From Obrimoposthia wandeli (taxonomy: Eukaryota), in NCBI GenBank assembly GCA_977020255.1, contig CDROCS010000001.1:434001-498000 (forward strand): a DNA stretch of 64,000 bases. Direction: 5' to 3'. Shown in pieces: positions 14,087 to 26,613 of this stretch; positions within the stretch are counted from its first letter, which is position 1; each line of letters opens with the position of its first letter. The translations under genes were made by a program, and so were the position numbers. The notes under the pieces were generated by a model. That model did no database searches. It was not told the DNA's origin and was given only the letters and a program-made list of their open reading frames with translations.

Positions 14087-15672
14087 TATAAGTCAAACAA
14101 ATTTATCTGATCTTCATGTTAATATAATGATAAAAATATTTCTACACCTTTTATCAGTTTGTACATAGTTTTATTAAAAATTCATTATTGCAAAGTTGAC
14201 AGCATTTTGAACCTGAAAATATGTCATTGGAATTTATTTAAGACTGATGGTGAATATATGTGTACCAAAAACTAAGAACCTTAAAGGGTTAATACAATAA
14301 ATTGCTGAAGTTCTATGAAATAAAATTGAGGCACTGTCTTTGGGTTTCAAATTTTACTTTTTTCTTTCAAATATTATTATTTTAACATTATCAATTTAAG
14401 ACAAACTGAAATTTTAATGAAAATGGTTCTTTTCTCCCTAAAGAAAAAGCCACTTCATACTGACAGCAGAGTTTAATGAAAATCGTAAACCGATATTAGC
14501 AGTAACTCATTTAAATGAAAACTTTTATTTTCTGTTGTAAACCCATTGTTAGAAAATTTTGCACTTTCAAATCCATAGCTTCTTGAAATATTAATCTTAA
14601 GGACTTTCCGGACAGATATGAGTTTAAAATCTTGAAAGTTTGGGGCTTCTAATCTAAGAATTGAACAAATTTATAAATATCATTAAAAAAGGTAATCGTA
14701 AAAAAGCATAATTTATCATTTAATTTTAAAATAATAATTTATTTAATTCACCAAATAATAAGTGTATAAACAATCAAAAACGTTCATTTAAATTGCAAAA
14801 TATGAAATGGACGGTTGGAAAATGTAGTAGACTTCACACTTTGCATAATTTAATTAAAGAATTTGGTAAACAAAAATATTGTGATCTTTTACCATGTCAC
14901 AAATGATTGGTCAGACTGAGAGATGTAAATTAATAGAAAATTTTACCTTTCTGTCCGTTAATTGAGTACTTTTATTGAAAATATAAATACAATAATTTAA
15001 GAAGTACACCATGAAAATTTCAGTGAGAGAGAAATAATAATTCACTTACCTCGAATTTGACCTTGGCTGCAAATATTCTCTGTTTCTCCAGTTTCATTAT
15101 CGGTTTTGCTAAATCAAGAGTTTTAAATTATAGCACCATTTTATAAGACGTGTAGCTTACAGGGATACAGACCTCATTTTGATCCCACCGAGATTTGCAC
15201 AATAATTATTAGAGCTAAACATTTTAAATTATATACCGATTTGGGAAAAATGCTTTTGCTGCTGTTACTTTAAATAGTATTTTCAAGTTATAAAGCAGTA
15301 GTGCCTACATTTATTTAGCTCAACGCACCCTTGACACGTAAAATATTGATGAGCTGTCCATGTGCATCAACGTTGCATATACTCAATGTGTTCCATGAAA
15401 TGTCTTCTAAGGCATAAAGATACTGTCATAATTAGTATTAACATCTTTCATTTTTTAAAATTATCTATATAAGTATGACCTACATCTGTGTAATCAGTTC
15501 ATTAGTTTTTAATGACGCAAAATCAATTTCGAAAAGATTTACGACTTCCCCAGGAACTTCAAATCGAAAATAGAAGTTACATACATGGATTTTTGGTAGC
15601 TCGTTGACGATCTTGGTTCTCCTTGACCCGGGTCGCTGAATTTAAACATCGTTATTTGAAAATGTTTGTTGA

Positions 15673-16381
15673 ATTATCTGACATTAAACTTTTTGGAGAT
15701 TAAAAAGTCTTTATCTACACACTGAAACAAATAAAACAAACAGAAAATAAACACATTTTTTAATTTTCCTCAAAGAATTGTGAAACATTTCACTGGATCT
15801 ATGGTGAATCTTTCTTCGCGTAAATAATAACCAAATCAGGAACAATTTCTACTCTAATAAAAAGATCACGTAATAAATAATCCGATTAACTCGGTAAACA
15901 GAAATATTACAATTCATAATGTCACTCACTGAAATTGATTATAACGAAAACTCATGGCTTCAGAAAGTAATAGCGGATAAGTCATTGATTTTATGTCACT
16001 CACTGAAATTGATTATAACGAAAACTCATGGCTTCAGAAAGTAATAGCGGATAAGTCATTGATTATCTGACATTAAACTTTTTGGAGATTAAAAAGTCTT
16101 TATTTACACACTGAAACAAATAAAACAAACAGAAAATTAACACAATTTTTAATTTTCCTCAAAGAATTGTGAAACATTTCACTGGATCTATGGTGAATCT
16201 TTCTTCGCGTAAATAATAACCAAATCAGGAACAATTTCTACTCTAATAAAAAGATCACGTAATAAATAATCCGATTAACTCGGTAAACAGAAATATTACA
16301 ATTCATAATGTCACTCACTGAAATTGATTATAACGAAAACTCATGGCTTCAGAAAGTAATAGCGGATAAGTCATTGATTTT
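15673..16381. repeat. ~320-bp direct duplication (15673-15992 / 16062-16381) with a ~70-bp sub-duplication between
   Basis: Near-identical copies starting attatctgacattaaac and ending gcggataagtcattgattt. Confidence 0.9.
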
Positions 16382-18711
16382 AACACACGAATCGTTATAT
16401 ACATCTCGTATGTATCATCTCGTTGAAGTGCGTCATTATCTGTGAAGTGCGCCGGCCATCGGGTGTTTTGTGAAGTGGGCATGTGAAACTGGCCGATTCC
16501 ATAACCTGAAAAGAGCCCTTCCATAGTCTGAGATCACAAGTCACAGTCCATTCTCACACCTTCATCATGATCCGATAGTCGTCTCAGATCACGTAAATAT
16601 AAAGTTCGACTTTCGTTTCAGACACATTTAATGTCTTTTCACGTTATTTAGAAGATAAGAATCTGCCAAACAATGGTCAGGAACACAATTTGAGTAATGT
16701 CTAATAACAAGACTCGCGTAATTAATGATTTTATAAAGTAATCTTTGTTCAATATTCAATTTTCAGATAGTGGCCTAAGTTGTCTAATCTTATCTTTCAA
16801 GCTAAACTGCTATGCATCATGTCAATATTATTAGCCTAGCATGACAATAATCCCAACTGGACACCTATGAATATTAAAGTAATCAATTTTTATAAAAACG
16901 GTTATATTTATGAAATTTATATCTAAAATTTTGCATGTAAGTCATTAATAAATGAGTTATGCTACTTTTTCATAAAACGAAAGTTAGTAATTAATGTTTT
17001 TGAATAATTTTGAAGTTCAAATTAGTTTCTGGAACATTTTTTTTAAATATGAAAAACTCAACAATGTATTTAAACTCTTTAAAATAACTTTTAAAATAAC
17101 TTAAATAAGCATATTCAGTAAAATCTCATAACAAAAAATATATTTTTTTTAACACATCGATTTCTAATTTTTAATAAAATAATTTTAAATTTTAAAAAAT
17201 ATATTTTGAATTTAATTTTTTTCTAACTTTTAAACATTTTTAATACATTATTAACAATATTTACTATTATTTTAAAGTCAAGCTTTTCTCAAGAATAATT
17301 ATATGGATTGTATTAAATAATTAATTTCCTACGATAACAACTTTTTTGTATCTAGAATTATTAAATTAATTTTCTTTTTTTCATTTACTATCCATATTAT
17401 TCATGTATCTCCTCCCATTTAATATCAATATATTTATGAAGGTTAGATTTTGAATTTTACTAAATTTTTTTGTTGCTAAACAACGGGTATTTGTATTGGT
17501 GTAAGTTGGTTGGAGCCTCTCTTGTATTAAGAGATTGAGAGAGGCTCGATGGGCTGAAATGTGATTGGGAATTTTTTAATTTTAATATAAAAGTTGGAGA
17601 AGATTTTTTGTTATTTTGATGACTAAGGTGAAACAATAATCCTTAAATGCAAAATACCGTCTGACTCCGAGGGTACAACAACCAATGGTAGATCTTAGAA
17701 GAAACCTTTTGATGATTAGTTTTTCAAACCCCATTTTTCTGAATTAACGCACTGAGTAAATATTTAGTTACCGCCAATAAATAGTTTAAAAATGACCTAA
17801 GAGTAGATCTATTTGAAAATTGTATTTTACTGCTATTGATAAATGCTGAGATTTTCTTTTGAGTGTTTTCAATTTCTGAAATGAACAATAAACAAAAACA
17901 TAGACAGTTGTAGAGTGATAGAAAACAATTCATTTCTAAAACAGTTTTCTCTTTACAATATAAAACATCATAATAACATTTCAAAACAATTTTTATTTCA
18001 CTCTTCAATTCATTTTTATGTATTTCTAAAACCAGAATTCCAGTCTGTCTAGCTTCTTGTTTCTGATGTCAATTCCTACTTGACGACAATCAAACAAATT
18101 CAACAGGATGGGCACAAAGTCCAGATAATTCAAGTTTTATTTTGATAATCATCGTATCTATACGTATATATTGGTAAATTTGTTGATTTAATATTTTACT
18201 GGATCACTTTATCACCCTTATCCCATGTTTACTGGATAAAAATTAAAATTAAATAAACTACATAAACAAAATACTGAAACATTTAATTATTTTTAGATTA
18301 TATAATTTATTTGAATTAATTGTATTTCTATTTGCTCCTTTGAAACCGTAATCTGTTTAAAGAGACCCCGTATTCCTTTGAGAAACCGACAATTTTTTTA
18401 CTAATGGTAAATTAACTTGACTTTCATGGATCGTTAGAAGCAACATAAATATAAATCAATCTTGTTACGCTGAGCTTTCATCATTCAAATATTTGGAAGA
18501 TGAGTGAATGACCTAAATATTTGGAAGATGAGTGAATGACCTAAATATATAGAAAAACAGTTCGGACAATTTTAAATCTCGGTCAAGGTGATTTTTATTA
18601 AATCTTCACATTGTTTTTTTTTCTGGGAGAGCCAGAGATTTTAGACCAAAGATTTGTTAATAATAATATATTGATTATAACGTATTATCTAATAAATCTG
18701 TGATTTATCAC

Positions 18712-18900
18712 TCAACAAACGCTTCCTTTTTCATTATTGCTGGTATTAATTTTATATAGTAAAGTCCTCAGCTGTTTCTTGTGTATCTCGAAATGACAAG
18801 AGTTTCTTGTATTCATCGGTAGATTGTTGTAAAGATTGGAAACATAAAGTTCAAATATTGCGAATTTTGACCAATCTGCAGTCATTGTTGTTGCTCCTAA
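18712..18900 (-). mobile_element. LINE (CR1/L2-like) ORF2 3' end remnant
   Basis: LYNNLPMNTRNS...HKKQLRTLL resembles the LWNxLP..IR....FK..LK terminal motif. Confidence 0.45.
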
Positions 18901-19524
18901 AATAATTATTTGGCTTTCGTGAGAGAATACTGTTATTGATTGTTTTTGAATTTTCACTTGTACTAACCCTTTTCTTTCAGTTGAATATAAATCTGACAGC
19001 TTTGTTTGCAAGAGATTTAATTTATAAGCTGGAATATTAAACAGTAAAGAATGTTGAAAATCCAGTCTTGGTAATCACGTGCGTTAGTATTTTAATAAGC
19101 TCTCCGTTAACCAAATGGAATATAGTAAGTGTATATCTTCTCGGAATTGGCAGGTAAATTGAGAATCTTATACAATTTTGGCTCAAACGATTTCAGCTGA
19201 GCAAATCGAGTGCGTGATTGATACCAGAAAAATTTCTCAATTTACCCATAAATACGGATAATTTTGATAATTTAAAAAAATTGAATTTTGAAGTAGTGAA
19301 CTTACAGGTATCGAATTCATTTGATGTTCCAGTTGTCAAAGTTATTTGATCAAAAGGAAAGGTCAAATAGAATAATATTATACGTACCAGCAATTTGGAC
19401 AGAATACTTCACTTATAGACGGCGAATGATATTTTTGAACATTTGAGAGAAAAGGATTGGAGAATGATGGTTGTGAGGTTTAAATATAATTATAATTAAA
19501 TACTACATTAAATTATTATGTTTC

Positions 19525-20777
19525 TAGAAAACCAAAGGATTTGTTTAAAAGAATTATTTTTATCTATTTTCAATAAATGTAAGTTTTAAATATTATAAAA
19601 TATTAAAATTTTATTAGATTTAAATTATGACGCCACAAATTTCTAATTTTCAAAGGCAAGTAATTATTTTATTTAAAGAAGAAAATCCTAAGTGGGGACT
19701 TGAAAAATGTAAAAGCATTTTACCCCAGTTTTTTAGTAAAATAACTGAAAATCAGTTTTATGCAGCATGTGTTCGGTTGAAGACGGAAGGCGCAGCGATG
19801 GCTAAAAAAAGAAAGAAAGGATCAGGAAGTTTAAAAATAATAACTACTCCAATGAAGCAGGAAATAAAAGCACTGGCTGTAACCCCTGTAAGCAGTCCTC
19901 GTCATAGGCATAGCAGCCAAAGACAAATTGCTAAAAAATTAGGAATATCAAAGACATCAGTCTTTAGAGAATTACGAATATGTTCTCTAAAATGTTATAA
20001 ACGTATACAATGTCACAAACTGACAGAACGTCACAAAGAAGCTCGAAACTTGAAATCAATTAACTTGCTAGAACGTTTCCAACATGAGGATTTATGGAAA
20101 AAAGTTTGGTTCTCTGATGAAGCCTCATTCAATATCTCTCCTCCAATAAATAGTCAAAATGAACGCATATACAGAGAAGTTACGGTGAAAACCGATATTC
20201 CAAACGAAGAATTAATTGTTGAAGTTGATCGACAGCAGCCATCAATAATGATTTATGGTGCAGTATCGTGGCATGGAAAATCACAACTAAGATTTATTGA
20301 AGGCTTCGCTGAAGTACCGAATAATGTTGGTTCTTCAAAAAGAAAAAAGAAAACAGTTAATCAGCATGTGTATCGTAATGAGATGTGCCCCCCAATGTTC
20401 CAAGACATAATCAACGTAATGGATGGTGAATCGTGGATGCGACTATTTCATGGCTTCAAGAGAATGTACCAAGTTTAATTATGCCACTTGATTGGCCCTC
20501 AAAAAGTCCAGACTTAAATGTTATGGACTATGCTATTTGGGGAATAGTGCTACATGAATTGCAGTTAGTACGCGAAGAGGTTTCCACAATCGATGAACTC
20601 AAACTATTTTTAACGCAAGCTTGGGATAATATTAGTCTGGATACCATACGAAAAGCTACATCATCATGGATAAAACGTCTTCAAACATGTCGGGATAATG
20701 AAGGAAAACATTTTGAACATTTATTATAAATGTAAATAAATTTATTTAAATCCTTTGGTTTTCTACGGACCACCCTG
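19525..20777 (+). mobile_element. maT (DD37D-type) Tc1/mariner element, one small internal deletion
   Basis: Right TIR aaatcctttggttttctacggaccaccctg-TA; left TIR truncated (tagaaaaccaaaggattt). The transposase has an HTH, WFSDE and WPSKSPDLNVMD. The segment ATISWLQENVPSLIMPLDWPSKSPDLNVMD aligns gap-free to the maT DD37D spacing, but the QQD second Asp is deleted. Confidence 0.85.
19627..20729 (+). pseudogene. maT transposase (frameshift at ~20445)
   Basis: ORFs 19627-20478 and 20433-20729 join into one transposase. Confidence 0.85.
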
Positions 20778-21525
20778 TAGTATGTTTGCAAGATTGATTG
20801 AATGAATGTATGAGATGCTCAACAACTGAAATATCCCATTATATCCTCAGTCGAAGGTCAAGGACAAAAGAAGAAGCAGGAACTATCTGTCGTGTGCTTT
20901 TGTTTAAATATAAAATTAAAATATGAACGTTTGACTTGAAATGAAACTAACAGTGGTATTTATTTATTGACGACTCTTCAACTATTTGGAAAGCAGCATT
21001 GATGTATATAGAGAAAAAACTTCCAACAAACAAGATGCATCGGATTTTTGATCACAGGAATAATTTCCAACTCTTCGTCGGAAATTTTTTATTGATAAAC
21101 ATGGAGAAATACTTGGAGTAAGAAATGCATAATTTAGAAAGTCGATTTGGAGAATACAATCTATCTTTAATTGTGAAAAGGACGGAATTGGGATGAAATG
21201 TTTATTTTATTCATTAATGTTCATTTTAGTTAATATATGACATTTGCATTTGTAACAAAACAGAAACTTATTCGCTTCTTATAATTTGGAATTTCTATAC
21301 ACAAAAATCATAACATTTAATGAAAATTTGCCAAAATATATTATCTATGCAACATTATCTACAAAAATAGTCTTGGCTCTATTGCTTTTCCTAAAAAATG
21401 AAAGAGCAACGTTATCAGTGAATTTAAATAAAATAGTAAATCATTTTTTTCTTAATAAAATAACATAATTATCATCATGTATCTTATGCTATTTCAATTA
21501 CAACTTCATGAAAAATCGAATATAT

Positions 21526-21900
21526 ATGGTGTGTCTAAAAAGTTCCCGGACTGACCTAATATCTTTAATCGCAAGACACTTAAACCTAAATTTTCTTTTG
21601 CGAATAAAGGTTCATATTATTAGTAAAAATATATATATATAAAATAATTATTTTAAATAATATATTTAATCAATATTTCAGTTTATCTAGAAACATTATC
21701 TTCAATTGTCGCGAAATGCAATTATGTAAAATATATTACTGATCTTATATACTTTTGGAATTTAAAAGAGGCGTATCTGCAACAGCAATTCATAATAATC
21801 TACAAGAAATTAATTTATATGGATGTCCCAGTCAAACAACTGTATTTGAATGGTATCGTAGATTTAAAAATAGAAATGAATAAATAAACCAAACCAAGCT
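21526..21900 (+). mobile_element. Decayed mariner (DD34D-type) left end
   Basis: TIR-like ggtgtgtctaaaaagttcccggact, followed by HTH remnant GCPSQTTVFEWYRRFKNRNE. Confidence 0.6.
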
Positions 21901-22641
21901 TTCGCAATTATGCAAGGTCACACACGTCTTTAGAGACTTCACAGTTTTAACAAAGAAGAAAAGTTTTTCTAATAAAACAGGCTCCATATAGTTCAGATAC
22001 AGATTTATGCGATCGCTGGCTATTTAAAATTTTAACATGTAAATTTAGAAAAATACATTTAAAAGCAATCATGAAATGATAGATTGTTCGCGCCAAGTCA
22101 TGAAGTCTCTTGAGGAAAATGAATACTAGAATCAATTAAAGAAACTTTTTCTGACGAATCTGACGGATCAGGTACAACAACATTTTGAACTCTAAATAAA
22201 AATGTGATATATTTAGATATTCCTTTAAATAATTTACAAAAAGAGTTGATATATTTATGGAAAAATGTTACTTTCACTTGAATAGCAAAATCATACATTT
22301 TATTATGCTTTAGTAAACAGACATGTGAGTCACCCTCTATATAAATGACACTCACAATAGCAATCTTTTGTTTCTTTATTGCTTTTCCATCTACTATGAG
22401 CAAATGTTAGTTATTGATTTCGGTAGTAAATCAGGGAAAACGAATATGTAAAGTACCGGGATTGTCCTCAACTTATTCTAAAACTTTAGATGGGTACGAT
22501 GTGTGACTTTGTGAAACTGTGTACTCAACTATGATCAGACAACCCAAGTATAAGGTATAAACTATATATTGTCTATTCTTTAATACTGTTACAATAAATA
22601 TAGTACAAAAATTCTTATTTGGGTTATCTGGATAGATTATA

Positions 22642-22703
22642 GCCATAATAGTTCAGTGGTAGAATGTACGACTTGCAAGTTGTGAGGCCCGCAGTTCAAT
22701 TCC
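22642..22703 (+). pseudogene. tRNA-derived pseudogene / SINE head
   Basis: A box tagttcagtggtaga, B box gttcaattcc and an anticodon-like stem acgac-ttgcaa-gttgt. No 3' acceptor strand. Confidence 0.65.
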
Positions 22704-23584
22704 ATTAAACTAATTTTCTCCCGAGCATAACAATACAAAATATCTAAGAGAACTTTTAATTGAAATTTTATAACTTTTGATGACTTGCCCAAAACACTTA
22801 TATTTGCGCTTGAATAATTTTATTGTAAGAACAGCAAGAAATAAAAATAGCAGAGAAAGATTCGTCTCCCATTTCCAGTTCTGCTAATCTATTGATAGTC
22901 TTAAAGTCAGTAAAAAACGGTGTTTAAATTTTAAAACTGGGAATAATTGGAAAGAAAAATTAGAATTTAAGAGAATTAAATAAAGGAGAAAATGTCGATC
23001 AAAGCACGTATGTGTGCGAATGTTCATCGGCATGCCAACAAATATACGGTCGAGTCAGCTGGAGTAATTGACGTTAAAATTACTGCAAATCAAAAACAGT
23101 TTTACTGTTATATTGTGTCACTGTGAACGGGAATAAACTTTTATCTATGGCTATCTTTAACCGTAAAACTATTCCAATGGAAATGTATGCACACGAAATA
23201 GTAGCATATGCAAATGAAATGCGTTGTGTAAATGTAGGCGTTTTAAAGAAATGGTTGTGTGAAATTGGAACAAGCAGCCTTGTTTTGGAACGGAATTAAT
23301 TTGATGTAGATAATCACATGCTGAATAATAAAAGTAAGCATGTGATTATCTAATAAAATAAAGTTAAATATTAAAATATTTTAAATAATAAAATAAATTA
23401 AATAGTAGTAATTGTAGTAATAATTAGGATGACGATGATGGGTAGGCAATGAAAATAGTGGTGAAGTTCTTTAAAAGATTAGTTGTTTTAATATTTAACT
23501 TATGACCTTGAAAGTGAAGGTGACAAAAAACAAGTTGCTAATGAAAAAAGAAATTGATAAATCTATTGATGTTGATATGAAAGT

Positions 23585-23760
23585 TTTAAAAAGAAGATGA
23601 ATCGATTTTATGTTGATCGTTTAATTGTTGACGATCGTGTTAAGAAGATGGACGAATTACAATTATTCCGAGGTGATATTGTTCTTATCAAAAGAAAGAA
23701 ACTCAGAGAGACGATTTGTATCGAATTATTAGATGACACTTATGTAGATGGAATAATGAA
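23585..23760 (+). pseudogene. VCP: VCP/p97/CDC48 N-domain pseudogene fragment
   Basis: [38 protein letters not shown] compared with VCP [38 protein letters not shown]. The SVVSLS segment is missing and no continuation is found. Confidence 0.8.
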
Positions 23761-25989
23761 GTATGATTTATCTTGCGTTATTATCAAAAATAAAGTTCTA
23801 GCTTTTATATGCCTTCCATTGTTATCGGCACCCCAAACTTGGATCATTTTGATCAAAAAAGTCTTCTTCGGCTTTTAAACTCAAATATTTTCTTATTTTA
23901 GACTCTTAATAGATAGAGCTTACGATAGTCTCTTATATTGCTGCAATTTCAGTTGGTGTGACCAAAATTGCTTCTATCACTGGAAATTTCGGTTAAGAAA
24001 AGTTTTAAATCAAAAATAAACAGGAAGTGAATGATAAGTGAGGAAACTATCGATGTTTTGAGAAACTTTATTAATAAGAATAAAATCTTATTTGTTCAAT
24101 TTGGTAATTTATTTCACTGTATATTTTGTTATTTGAATTTTATCATTTTGAAAAGTAGGAAAAACAATCATAAAGAAAGATAAAATAATTAAAAAACATT
24201 ATACAAAATGTTTTTAGATTGCTAATATATGATAAATTCAATTTTTCCTGGAATATCAATTTTTTCTTAACTTACAAATTAAATTATATCTTCCTCGATA
24301 TAGTTAAAGTTTTTAAATTCAAAATCATTTATAATTTATAATACTTTTGATAAATTAATTTGACGATTTTTAGCGGTTTTTCTGTCTAAATAGAGACTAT
24401 TTTTGAGAGTGCACGGTAAAGCACTATCTACATTAAAAACCGTTTAATTCCGCTCGTGTAAGTTGGAAACAATGTTTTAAAAAAAATTGAATATTTATAA
24501 ATGTCAAGCTGAAATACTTGACTCACGTTTACAACAACGGAATCTAATGGAACCCAATACAAGTATCCCATCTTTCCATAACTGTTTCGTTTTGATCTGC
24601 AATCGGGATTTTATCTCAAAATCCCGATGATATGGAATTGTTTATTAGCATTTTCGTCATAAGCTAACACAATTAGACTACATACTATTTCCTTAAAGGG
24701 GAAAATGAAAGTTATTATTTTTACTTGAAACAATTTGTCACACCTTGGTCAGACATAAAATCTTTTAATACAATAAAATTGAAGCATACTGATAATAGTA
24801 CCAATAACTAAACTCATTTCATCGATATTTTGGCCTCGGCGATAATTCCTATGGGGAATTTTGAATAAAGAAATTGGCAAATCATCATATTTTCTTCCCA
24901 TACTATTATTATTAAGATTGAGGGACACAGTATCAGGTGGTAATTGATTTTGGGGTAATGTGATTCAATTACCATAATGTGTTGACAATATATTTCAGGA
25001 TACAGAAGAATTTCGAATGGAACTTTGTAATTTATATCATTAGAATATTTACTAAGTATTATTTAGCTATTTTACGTATGAATTTCTTCTTCTAAAACTA
25101 ATGGATTTTAGTTTACCTTGAAATACAATTTTTGTAAATGTAAAAATATCAAGATATTTACCTAAAATTTTAATTACCCATTACATAGTTATAAATTTTA
25201 TTTGAAGTTTCTAATTTCTTTTCTCTTATTTCTACATTTGAATGAATGTTTTTCTTCCACTTCATTTTGAGGCCTGTGGGGTAGTGTAAGAATTCGAGCG
25301 GCTTTAAACTGCGAGATTTTGAGCTTCGTCTCTTTTAACGCGATGTTTTGGATTTATTTTCAACCTTCAAGTCTAGAGAGGGCATTCGTAGGGGGCGAGG
25401 CGAGAAAGATTGCAGGGAGATTATTGCGAAATGATTACCAAGATTGAAATTTTAGGAACATTACCTCCAGGGGTGAGAGTTGGGTGATGTTGAACGAATA
25501 TGTTTGCATCAGCAGAAGTTCCGAGTCTGACAAGTGTCGGGTGGCTTCAGCATAGGCTTCTAAATCTACCTGTCCACGTACTAGGAGGTATAGGGACGAT
25601 ATGGCTGAGGTCCAGGGGATGTAAACCCTGTGAGCACTTGGATAACGAATGGGTGAAGCATTCATAAGCAGGACATTGAGTAGTGGTCAGAATGAGAATT
25701 CATGACTTCGATTCATTAGCCCTGGGATGTCACCACGGCGAAGACTTAGTACATATGGCAAGGTCTCGTTTTGTTACGGTTGGGGTATAAAGTGCGATCA
25801 CTCGATAAAATTATAGGTGATATTTTGCTACTAGTTCAGATCTTAGGATCATGAAAAAGCGTAAGATACAAAGTAGAAACTCTATTACCCAACAATGTGA
25901 AGTCCGGGGTGAATTGGAAGAAAAGTGGGTTAAACCACGTGACTTCGTTCGCAATTTGGCATAGGTCACTAGTGACTACAATAAAGATT

Positions 25990-26100
25990 GAGTCAAAGTT
26001 ACTCCCACCGTTTACCAGCGCTTAATTGAATTTTTTTCACTTTGACATTCATGGCTCTGGGCAGAAATTACATTGCGTCAAAACCGGTTACCAGCCGTTG

Positions 26101-26131
<31 letters not shown>

Positions 26132-26363
26132 AATCTAGACCATGCCAGTTCTAGGTTGATTGTGAGTTCCAAAATGACGATAGCTGTCCCGAAGATCAGC
26201 CAGCATAGCTAGCACCGCCCATCACCAGACTCGAAAAAGTTCCGTCCGGAAATCGCCAACTCCCGAGAGAGCCAACTTTCTCCAGACAGCCCAATTCCAA
26301 ACCCAGCGATTTCTTGTACAAGCCCATTATGAACAACCCCTAGAGCCAATTCTTTTTCCGAAG
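25990..26363 (-). rRNA. 28S rRNA gene fragment (dispersed, diverged)
   Basis: Plus strand reads gagtcaaagttactcccaccgtttacc..ttgacattc...ctgggcagaaattacattgcgtcaa...gcaatgctttgttttaattagacagtcggatt...tagagccaattctttttccgaag, the reverse complement of conserved eukaryotic LSU sequence flanking D8. Confidence 0.85.
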
Positions 26364-26613
26364 GAGGGGCATCATCAACAAGCCGTTTATCGTGGACAAC
26401 ATTTCCCTTTGGTTTTGAAATTGATTACTTTTATTTTATTTTCCCCTTTATTCGTTGTGAACTATTTTTATGTTTTCTATTTGATTTTTAAAATAAGTAA
26501 GGGTAATTATGAAAGGAATTACCAAGTTCTTGGACTGCATTTCTGAATCAATATTATTTTCCAATTAACTGATTGTTTATTGAAGTCTCTCTATGAAATA
26601 CAAATGTCTAGAG

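Noticed and set aside
15049-15650. Possible minus-strand micro-exons (AG..GTAAG at 15049-15108; AG..GTATGT at ~15586-15636)
   Set aside because: No recognisable protein and several frames open. The intervening DNA looks like hAT debris.
17512-17550. 10-bp perfect hairpin gagcctctct...agagaggctc
   Set aside because: No ncRNA or Helitron-end context could be supported.
24826-24875. FGLGDNSYGEF peptide resembling flavodoxin or RCC1 motifs
   Set aside because: About 11 residues followed by a stop, with no splice donor and no supporting exons.
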